This document shows positions 1 through 11,700 of a stretch of 64,000 nt of DNA, in pieces. The translations under genes and the position numbers were made by a program. Location of the stretch: contig JAQGDQ010000006.1 in NCBI GenBank assembly GCA_030141605.1, positions 124,001 to 188,000 of the forward strand, in the 5' to 3' direction. The notes beneath the pieces are model-generated. The model was not told the origin of the DNA. It did no database searches and saw only the letters and a list, made by a program, of their open reading frames with translations. This DNA is from Tubiluchus corallicola (taxonomy: Eukaryota > Animalia > Priapulida). How positions within the stretch are numbered: the stretch's first letter is position 1; each line of letters begins with the position of its first letter.

Positions 1-73
1 TGGAAAGTTTAAATCAAACCTCAAATTGCTCGAGTTTAGCTTAACTTAAGAAAAAAATCATATGAGCACATAC

Positions 74-451
74 TGTCTTGTTTTTGAATAGTAAATCGTG
101 AGTTGCCACTGGAACTCGACACTACCGAGCTCTGACGGGTCGAATGTTTGGAGTTGGAAACTCGAAACGGAGGCGACGTGGGTGACAGCATAGGAGATGT
201 CCAAGATGACAGTCCCGTATCCGTAGAGCTCTGACTATTTAACACACCTCTCTGCTTCTGTAGCATGGCTTCTCTGCTTGCAGATGATCTTAGTGTGATC
301 TCTTCATCAATGTTTCGCTCGGAAAACGTAAATTCACTGATGTCGCTTTCGTCAGAAACGTACGTCGGCCTTTCCTTTTTCTTGCCCATCTTTTTGCTGG
401 CTGCCGAAATTATAGAGGAAACTATGTCTTTGGTTATTCTACTATCTTGGT
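74..451 (-). CDS. ARHGAP21: ARHGAP21-like exon, post-GAP C-terminal region ([29 protein letters not shown]...QKQD)
   Basis: Acceptor ttttcag ends at 452; phase 1 fits the 3210-3381 exon. Likely donor A|GTATGT at 73; if unspliced, the frame reads to a stop at 36. Confidence 0.85.
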
Positions 452-3400
452 CTGAAAATAAACAAAACAACATAAATTCAATGTTTACTGCTGGTACAAT
501 GTTATAAAAACACAACAGGCTCAAACAACACTACTCAGTTTCAAAAATTGTCAGAGTCAAATGTACACTTTCTGCCAAAAAATTTTTGCTACTTCTTTTT
601 ACAAAATTGCTAATTTTAACATAAACTATATTATTGTATGTAAAATTTAAGGATGGACACTTGTTACTTAGATTCTTTGAAATATAATTTACCAAACAGG
701 ACATCACAGAAACAAAGATAATAATTGATTTATTTCACAAGTTCACGGTTGATTAAAATCCACAAAGCCTTACAACCATTGTAGTTCTCAGGATCAATAA
801 ATGCATTGGCTATGATCACATGGTTTCGAGCATCAAAACTGGTATCACCAAAATGCAAGCTAAATAATAACATTCAACAACATCTGAAGGAAAACGTCAG
901 ATTTAGCATATGTCATCCCAGCGTAATCAACTACATCCAGCTCCATAAATGACTATCATTTTTGAGAGCCCATGGTCAATTATTAAAACCGGGATGACAT
1001 TATGATGCACAAACTGTGCAACCATAGTTTCCACACAGTAAACAAAGCTGCACTCCTGTAGGAAAACTTGCAACTTGCCAGTAATGCTGCCTAACTTAAA
1101 AATTTAATCTATAAATTTGGCTCGTATAAAGAGTTAAGAGAGAAAATGCATTCAAGACCACAATACTTTAGTTTATACAACACTCATAATAATGGAGCTT
1201 TTCATCTTGAGAAGTTAATTCTACTTTTTCACGTATGGTGTTCCTGCATACCACGACTAAATCAGCACAATGCACGACGTCATGGCAATACTTAAAGCAG
1301 GTACAAATGTTAGCAAATTCCGCTGACCTAAATTATAATTTGTTTCACCAGGTGCTATGTGTCCAGAAAACAACTAATTTGCACATAACATAAGTAACTG
1401 AAAAGTTCACTTGCAAAAGTAACACAAAAATTCTTAATTTAGGTAAAAAGACAAAACTATATATTTCAAAATAAAGCAGTTCTTAGCAGTTTCTGTTCAA
1501 GTTTGTTTTGCCTATACATGCATTAAATTAAATCACAAAAAATTTATATTTTAAAGAAAAATATTATTGCTCACTGCTATACAAATAAAACTGTTAGTAT
1601 GATGGATCAACAAACAAAGAACTCAGTCAAACTAATAATAAACTTCACAATCAAAAATGCACGAAACACGATGGTCTAAACCTCACACTGCTTGAAGAAA
1701 AATATGCTATATTCACCATGGCATTTGGACTGAGACCATTTTTACTGTAACTGTCACTCCAAAACCAAACAGAAGCAGTAAATATAATCAGAGTTTGTCT
1801 GGAATAAGGAGCACTTAAATATAGATTATGAAATTATTTTATGTAGGTGAAAAAGTTTCGGATATCATTAGAAACACATTAACTGCAAAAAGTAAACTCA
1901 AACCGTGTAAAGCTCTTGTTAAACCTATATGCTACACTATCGATGCTAAATAAAAACAATATAAATTAGCTATTATTAATTCATGATTATTTTTAGAACA
2001 CAACAGGTGTCAGGTTAGAATATAATTTTTAGAAATAATTTTTGAGTGGCAAGGCACTGACCCTCTCACCTCATTTGTTTTTACTAAAAATAAGCAGCAT
2101 CATATGTAGCTGCCTGCTGGTAATCTATACGAAAATCTGCAAAAAAGGACGACACAAACAATTTAAACCAGTAATACATTTAATCCATTTCCCAAACATG
2201 AGCATGTTTGTGTAATACAAGAAATACATGCAGATTAAGCACTGTTCAGTGACTGCTGATGAGACACAGATAATCTCAACAGCAAAAGCAGCCAATCTAT
2301 GTTTAAAGTACATTCAGATTATTAAGCAGACACCTTATGCTCTTGTTCTTCGCATATATTAATTCACAAGGGGTCAGCAATATTTCAATTGGTGTAAATA
2401 TAGCTCCGCAAATTCACTGAGAAATTAGTATAATACTAATGCAGTAGAAGCTTTGTGGAACGACACGAAACGAATTAGTTAATACGAAAACGGCAAACTT
2501 GCACTGATATTTAGTTGCGAGAAACAAAGTTAACTTCACTCAAAAACCGACACGCCAACTATTTATATCTAGACTCTGCTATGTGACAAGGTAAAGCTAA
2601 CGCTGCATGATTAATGTAAGTGGACAAGACACAATGATAATGCATTTTTGTTGCAAAAATATCTCTTGCTACCTTTGTCACAAAGCTGTGTCTGCAAAAT
2701 AGCATGTGCTGCCACCTAGAAAGAAAATTAAAAAATAGACAAAATAAATGAAGAACTAGAAGGAATTTTAAATTCTCAGAGCATATGACATGTCTATTCT
2801 ATCAATGCTCTATTGTGCTGGTAAAATAAAAAGTTGAGAGCTTGCAAGAAATATTTAGGAATTTCAAATAAATATAAAAATTTCAAAAAAGCTAGGCCTA
2901 CAGCATCAAGATGCCAAACACAATTTTGAGCTGGTCAATCAACTGTGCGGTTACTGTATTTGTGCACAGTGTATACAGTAAAAGCAAATAAATACTTGGA
3001 TAAGAAAACCGCTTAAATCACAACTTGAGAGAAAGCACAGATAACATCAATACGATGTGACTAGATTGCGTGTCTAGAAGCTTAACTCCTTTACATCACA
3101 ACAAATAACATGGCAAACACATTTGATGACGACAATGTAGCTGCATTACAAAAACCATTACAAATTACAAATATCCACAAACAGTTGTCAGAAATTGCAG
3201 TAAGCTCACCTGTTGATTGCATTGCTTGTTCAGTCTTCGACACATTCTTTAGTAACAAATTGATGTTTGACTCCTGACTATATGGTTGGGTAGGGGATAA
3301 ATCCTCTTCTGGTGAGGCAGCAGCTGGAGGAACATTTTCGTTGGCGATATCCTCATCATCATCACAGAAAAGCCATTCACCCTACATAATTATAGAGTAA

Positions 3401-5747
3401 ATATTATAAATACCAAATATGAAAAAAACATGTCCAAAAATTCTGTTTACAACAGATATAAAACCAAAATCATGCAGATTTCTAAACAATTTTAAAAGCA
3501 TCAGATATTATATTTCTTTTATCATTTATGAGAAAAACAGAAGTTGAAAAGCTGCCTGTGAAAATTAAAAACTCCTCAGTACTTACTATGGTATTTAGAT
3601 TTTTTAAATGAACAAACATACTTGATTTATCATAGTTTCCACAATTCGGCATTGGTCACCCATCTCTGAAACAAGTGCAGTTAAGTTCTCTGCTGGCTGC
3701 CGAAGCAAGGTTGGGCCGAAAACTATAGCGATGTTACGCACATCCATCTGGAATAGTAGAGCAAGTTAAGTCAAAAATAAGTAAATCACAGACTGATGAT
3801 AATGTTTTAACAAATAAAATAATTACAAGCCATAACGGGTTAGCTTACCTTATTTTTAACTTGGTTCTCAGAAACTAATTTGAGATGATTGATCATATGT
3901 TTGAGGGTGTAATAGTTATGATCTGGTAATGCCTGAATCTGCAAAATAAAAACTACAATACTCAGTCTGCACTGTGAGGCAGACAATTCAATCTACAAAA
4001 TTATTTTGAATGTTGATGTAGAATAGTATGAAGCATAAAAAGTTAAAAACGATCAAAAGTATCAAAATACTTTACGTTTAAAAATATAGCACCACAGTTA
4101 CTGTAAAACTTAAATGACCTAAGTTTTTAGCATTGCACTACACTAGAACTGCTTTCTATATTCTATAATATACATTCTAGATTTATACGTTTATGTGACA
4201 CGTTACACATTACTGGCACTGAAACCAAAAAAATGAATTTTTTATAGTAGGTTATAGTAGTCTACATGACAGCACTTATTAAACCATCTGTGTAAGTATC
4301 ATATAGCTAATAATTGCTTTAACTCACAAAATCAAAGTTTTAAGGGCTTGCATTTTCTGAATCCATTTAAAGATAATACCAGCACATATTCCAGTACACA
4401 TGCTATGGCATTTTTAAGTTAAGACAGATGCAGGCTGTTCAAGATCATTACTGATATTCACACTAAGCTCATCTCTAAAGATACTAAATCATTTCTGTTT
4501 AGATAATGATGACATGATAATACTGTGAAAATGAATGTTGACGATCGAAGAAATACATGAATTTAAAGAGCAAATGTCTGAAAGTCCAGCATTGCAAACA
4601 AAAAGCACAACGGAAATGTCATAAATCTTGCAACATACACTAAAACAGTAAGGTGTAATTACAACAGTAACAAGTTTCTTTACTTTAGCAAAATGTAAGT
4701 GTCATTATGGACAAACAATATAACACACACACACGCACACAACAAAGAACTAATCTTTGCCACTGGTAACAAACTGCACTAAAATGGATGCATTTCATAA
4801 AATGCCTTACTTTTCATAATGTCCCCTACTGTAACAACCATGCAAAAACTTACCAGTTTTTTCAACTGCACTAGTCGATTTGACGGGTCGTGAACTGTTT
4901 TGTTTACTTGTATGAAAGAACCATACAATTCATTAGTAACCAAAGACTCGGGCAATTTCCTAGGTAAAATAAAATATTATAAAGGCAAAAAAATCTTTTT
5001 TGACAAAGTATTTTTTAGTAAAATTATTACAACTAGACCAACCAATGATGCTGTAGGTACCCTGACTTTCATGTCTGACATCTTTAGGATCTTGAAATAT
5101 GCTACTAGGTATTTCTTTTTGGTCAAATTTGTTTCACAAATCTCATAGGCAATAAAGGTCTACAAGGAGCACTAAATTCCCAGTAGTGCCGCCTGGTCAA
5201 ACAAGATCAAACAGTTTTCATGACCAAATTTCATACAGCAAGTTCTGTCCAGCTGGCATTTTTGGTCACAGCCGACATATATTACCTTTGTCCCAAAGTC
5301 ACTAAACATCTTCGCCCGAAAGTTCTCAACTATTATCTTGCTCCTACAATCGAAGTTTTGCAAGACAAAACCTGCCTTTACAACTCTATAGTTGCTACTG
5401 GTAGAATCTTTGATTTGCTTTTCCCCCCAACAAGCGAAGAGGTCAAAATCTTTTTGTCAATGCTAGATTGTCAGTAGCTGATAGACCATTCTAATTCCAC
5501 ACATTGAGCTGACTCAAACTTTCCCACCATACCCACCATCCTGGATCTAAGGGCGAGGAAGAGTCATTGTAAGCTATTACCTAAAAATTGTCATTTATCA
5601 TCTAACACTAGACTTTATCATCTAACACTAAGACTTTATCATCTAACATCTACACTAGACCTTTTTACAGGACAAAACCTGCCTTCATACACTACACAGT
5701 TACAATTGCTAAAATAATCTATCTGCACATTCTTGGGAAAGGATGGT

Positions 5748-5789
<42 letters not shown>

Positions 5790-8700
5790 CACAGGTCGTA
5801 TATCGGTCGTTTAAAATCCGTCATTCATTCATATTATATATATATATATATATGAATGACGGATTTTAAACTCAAATTGCGAATGGATGATGGATGGCGA
5901 ACAATAGATAAGGGATGCTGCACGACTCTATAAGATCCCCAGACTTAGAAAGTCAGGGGTCCTAAAAATGAGAAAAAACTTAAGAAATGTGCTTAATGAT
6001 TTTCCAAAATCACATGAAAAATAGATAATGCTAACGAAAAATTTCGACATTTTCCCTACCTAAAGAAAGACTTTAATAAACTGGTAATGACATTAATTTC
6101 CTTCCATCGCTGGTCACTGAGGTTGATACATTCGATATCTCTGTTCACTTCTTCTGTTAAGTACGTGACAGCAGCGGTATTGCCCGGAATTCGATAAACA
6201 CCAACTACATCCATACCGAGAGTGTTTACAATTGATGTGCAAACATCGACCAACAGAGGCAAAAACTGCAGAAAAATTAAAGTACGTGAAATTTCCAACT
6301 CATATTTATGAAACTGAATCAAAATATTTCAGAAAATTTTTGAAGAAACTCAAAGAATATTAGCCACAAGATGCTGAATTCAGAAACCTGTATGTTCTCT
6401 TGAAAAATCAGTCCTTATTGCCAGGGTTTAATTAATTTTAAGCCATATTACCTCATTGTGAGCTGATGGAGGGCAGCATTCAAGTGGCACACCGATAGTG
6501 CCACCTGTTATCTCAGTCTGTGTTGGTGAGCGTGGAGGTCCGTGGTGGCCCCACTTTTTTAAACCCTTCACCATTTTTCTGCTCCAGCTTTTTGCTGGTT
6601 TAGGAAGTTTTGGTGAAATATCTGAAAAATTGCAATATACCACCTCTAATTACAAATTTGGAATAGAGCTAAGAATAACAGGAGTAAAACATTACTTTTT
6701 TATTTTTAGGTATATTGTCTAGTTGATTAATCTTAGTTAAAGTACTTATTTATTAAAAAAAACGAAACATTTCAAAAGTACAGTAACAACCACTTAATTT
6801 GTAGCGCAAAAGACTCACTTTAGGATGAGTGTTTTGACCAAAATTGATGGGTGTATTATTACTAGTAGAGAAGTATGACTCATAATATTCAAGTTAGTAT
6901 GCAAAGGCTTTAAATGAATTTTAGAAACTAGTTCGTGCCTAAATTCCTACGTGGAATTATTTAAGAATGTTAATTTAGATAAGTAAATTAATAAAAAAGA
7001 ATACAGTATTGAATTGAACAAAACGGTACTTAATATGATTATTCCTATATGCATTACAGGGCAAAAAAGTGAAGCAAAGATGACATAAAAAGGTAAAAGC
7101 TCTTCTGTCACGCAAAAGCATTTTATCTTAAGCAAGTGAAGCAAAAATATTAAATCAACTAAGTGGAGTCGAGTCAACACCTGTTTTATATACATATGAA
7201 TGGGAGCAGAGCATACCAGATCTATGTTTCTGAGTTAAGTGACTGACCCCGTTAACCATGAGTCTAATAAAGGGAACTTACTGTATCTCTTTGTATCATA
7301 AGCCTAAACTCAGATTACAACTGAGAGAGTGAAATCAGAATAAATTTTACTATTGCTGGGTAAAACATAATTTGTATACAGCATAATTTGGATAAATGGT
7401 ATGCACTTGTGAAATTTAAAATAATAAGTAAATATGTCAAAACGTAATAAATATATAAACGATAATGAATAAATCAAACCAAACTAGAACTAGTTAGTAC
7501 TCTTCTAAAATACACATTTAAAACTCCAAAATTTCAAAAAAGCTAAGTTGACATTACTTAACTAAAATATCAACTTTAAACTCATTACTCACCCCGTTCC
7601 GTTGAACTAGATCCTTTCCTAGGTTTGTCTTTGACACTTACTATATGGCCTCCAATATTTATTTGTCGCCACGGCGTGCGCCGAGTCTTCTGGCCCGGTT
7701 GAGGCGATCGACTCATGAAATCATACAAACTACTTTTTCTTATAATTAACTGGGCTGTATCGACTCCCTTTTCCTACAAAGAAGGTAAATGCAACTGTGT
7801 AATAATTAAGCAAGACACTTAGGATGGCAACTTAAATGTAAACAAAAAGTTGTAAAAAGACCTCATATTACTGGAAAAACCTTGTGGTTATGATGTGTGA
7901 CTAGTGACTTGATGAAAATGTAATGCAGGCTAATGAATAAGCAAAGCACATTTTTTAACGTAAGTTTCCCTTGCCGACAGTATTGCCGTCACTTGAAATT
8001 TGCTATAGTAGCAACATGCCAAAGTACACTCACGTCTTTATCAGGGTTGTTATTGGACTGGATGGCGTTTATCCAAATCATCATTGATGGTACATCCCGT
8101 GCTTGGAAAAGGTACTCCGACCCGTTATATGTACACAACCGAAAGACATTTTTCCTCTTTGTGTAGTCATGGGCGATATCGACAATAGAAGACTTGATGC
8201 TGATAGGCGGCTCATCATAAGACAAAGGGGGAAGGGCAGATTCGCGCTTATCTTTGTACATGTATATCACGTGTCCACGAAGAACCACATAGTACGGTTT
8301 CCATGATCGATCACTTGCCCTCTAGACATTTAAAAAAACACTTTATCAGAATTTTATATTTTTACATTATAATTATTGTCCTATTGACGTCATTATCACC
8401 GCTCCATCGTTATCAGCCTCGTTCATCATCATTTGACTACCAATTCTACTAAGCTAAGCATCGTAACATGTTATATCATATCTTATTATACCGTAATCAA
8501 AGCTAGTACTTCAAATTATAGGAAAAACCTCAACTTCACACCAAAAAAATGCTTAAGTTGTCTGAAAGATCTTCATACACCGCTAGAATACAATGTTGCG
8601 CCACTAGTTTAGCAACATCCGTTTAAAACCTATGAGCTATAAAATAACATAGTAATTTCAAAAATATTACTGTACGTAGATCTTTAAAGGTTTACAAAGT

Positions 8701-11700
8701 AATGTATAGATAATATCTAGAAAATGCAAATGTAAGAAAAGATAATATCTTATTTGTAACACAGCAGGAATTCTTAATTACGAGAACTAGAACAATTAAT
8801 AAAATTCACAAACAAATAGATGCTCAAATAAAAGTTCTACCATTGTCAACTGTTGGGCAAAAGGAAGAAAGAGAAAAACTATCTTATCCATTTCTTTGTT
8901 TGGACATTCACAAACCGATGACCATTTTAGTACATATTTTTGAAACAAGTGTCTATTTCTTGCTGATTGCTCAAGTTATAACACAACACTATTTCCTGAA
9001 TGGCATATAGATGTCACAATTAGGTTATGCATTAATTAAGTACCTTTCCATCGGCAGCAATATGCTTTTTCAAATGTAAATAGCCTTCTTTAATAACATC
9101 AAACATCGGACTTGGTAAGTCCTCACTGTCGCGCAACACTGGTCGACCTGTAGCATCATGAGGTGGTGACCCTTTGTCACCAAAAAAAGCTTTCAGCTTA
9201 CGTATGCTAGCATTTTTTGGTGATGGCACCTTTGCCCGGAGATCTTCAGCGCTGTGGGTTGCCATGATGTAGGAGCTACGCCGCATAGCTTTTGCATCTT
9301 CATCTGAAATCAGAAATTAATTGCAGGGAATCCCATTATAAAACTTTGAACAGAAAAATTGCTGCTAGAAATGCTAAGTCACAAATTACATAGAAATTAG
9401 TCCAATGAACTTAGTGTTGGCTAATGCCAAAATTAATTATCAACATTTTGCTAGCAATTTTTGTTGAAACCAAGAATAGCTTGCTTTAAAATGGGTGAAT
9501 AACCTAGAAAATATTTAATGAGTCTAGTACAATTTTCAGCATTAGAAAAACATTTGTCCATCAAAAAATGAAAAAGAAACTCAAAGAAATTTCTACACGG
9601 TACTGTACTTGTATAATATCTTACTAAATATAATAATAATACTAAATATTATAATATTACTAAAGGCAATTTGTTTTACTATTACTTGATTAACTTAAGG
9701 TACCTAAAGATAGGCTTACTTTTGTATTTTATAAGTCATTAGTTCTTAATGTGTACAACAGGACCAAAGCATTTCTAGTAAAAATTCTGAGCTCAAATTT
9801 ACAGTCATGAACCCATTTCTTGTTAGTGCCCTAAGCTAACCAGGATCTCTAAAACACAAAAGTTTGCTCATTTGACAACTATGCTTTCTTCTGCACTTTC
9901 TAATTTTGAGTGCTAGATGACTTTGCGTAATTTCACAAACCTTCCTGGGGTATCTTTTGTCTTAGTGTTACACCACCAAGAGTACTTGTGGTTGTTTCTG
10001 TCGTCGAAATCGAGCTGGTAGAATCAGCAGAAGCCGAAACTAAAATAAAAAAAAAGTCACTAATGAAGAAACGAGTAATGGCAGCTTCCACTAAGAATTA
10101 GTATTTGCAGAGTTAAATAATATGGCAATGGCATACCAGGGGTTAGTGAACAAAGCAGGCTGACTTTACCAAAAATGAAGAAAGTTAATGTGATGTTCAA
10201 ATAAATGATGAATTACAGTCTAGCATGATGATGAATTAAACAAACAATGAAGTATTAATAAAAACACCTCATAAATTACTAATGCATTTACATACATGTA
10301 AACATCATAAAACTGCAAATCAGTGTTAACATCATAAAACTGCAACTCGGTGTTAGACAAAAATTGTTTGTCTATAACTGTTAAACATGCAAACCTGCTA
10401 ATCCAAGTAAATCGTCAAACTGCCGAATGAGGGCTCCCAATGAGCTCACGTTGAGCTCCCATGCACGGAGACCCATATCCTCACAACTTGAGCAGCTATG
10501 ATCACTGCCCTCACTCATTGCACACTCATACAACAATCCATGCCCATCGTAGTCATCATCAACATCATTTTCAGAACCACTGGTATATTCATCAATGATA
10601 TTGGTGTTGGGCAATTTTAGTGCAAGCTTGTCTGTGAATAAATCATGCATAACGATGGTTTTAGTTGTTAGTGCTTACATGCCAACAAATTGGAATTAAA
10701 ATGTGGAATCAAAACACAAACACAATTGAATTTTTAACACATGCAACAAAAGAACATGTATTGCTAATAAACCTCAAATTATTCAACATTCAAAGATATT
10801 ATATAATAATAAAATAAATACAAATATTTATCATTATTTATTATCAAAGAAAAGGCCAGGCCTTCTAGGAGGTTAGGCTTATTTCCATGTTCCCAAAAAA
10901 AGTTAGAATGATTTAGTAATAAAACTGCAATAAGCGCCTCGTGTAACTAGTAAAATGATTTTAAAATCGCGATCAGTTCATGCTTGGGTACTCGCATTTT
11001 CAATGCCCATTCTTCTTCCAATGACGTCATTCGTCTTGAAGAGAAGTAGCGCACTGTCAATCTTCACCAAAAGTACAAGTTTTTACCAAAAAATAAGATA
11101 GCTAATTTTGCAAAAATAAACCCAACATGCTGAGTGACTTGTCCTTTCCTTTAAATACATGTAAGAATTAATAAGAATTTTTATAAACTAGTGAAAAAAG
11201 ACAATCAAACGCTGATTCACAGGTATTGGTTTGAAGTGGTTTCATGCTACAACTAACGAGTATAATTCATTAGGTACATCAGTCATCACAGTTAGTTGCC
11301 CTCGTTTTAGAATTTCATCCTCTGCACCTGGCTGTCAATCGCTGCAGTTTGGGTGCTCGGGATAATGCAAATTAATATAGCTGCAGCATACAGTTAGTTA
11401 AAATGTTTATTAAATAAATAAAAACATGAAAAAAATGAGCCAGCCAATTATCACATGCGATAAATTATAAATATGAAGTTAATCTTTTCAGTGAAATTTT
11501 TGTTGGTGTACAAGGTTGTTATGTTCGACTTAATTAGCCCCAGAAAAATCTAAAACTGAATATCCAAAAATGTGAGAAAGGCTTATGTTTTAGTTAGGCA
11601 CCTGTGCTGCAAAGTTTGCATCTTTTTTCTTGATTCGATTGATCAGTCAACTTACTACAATACGGGGATGTATCAACTGCGGACAAATAAGAATTCTGTC

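Noticed and set aside
1717-1757. Possible micro-exon ([13 protein letters not shown]) in the post-GAP intron
   Set aside because: Its phases do not fit the phase 1-1 context and the acceptor is weak.
7636-7642. Internal GTAAGT donor in exon 7593-7773
   Set aside because: It is phase 0, so use would shift the frame of the downstream phase-1 exon.
10947-11053. Phase-1 reading [34 protein letters not shown] as an early terminal exon (PDZ-only isoform)
   Set aside because: The acceptor lacks a pyrimidine tract and has a nearby upstream AG. An open frame this short can arise by chance.
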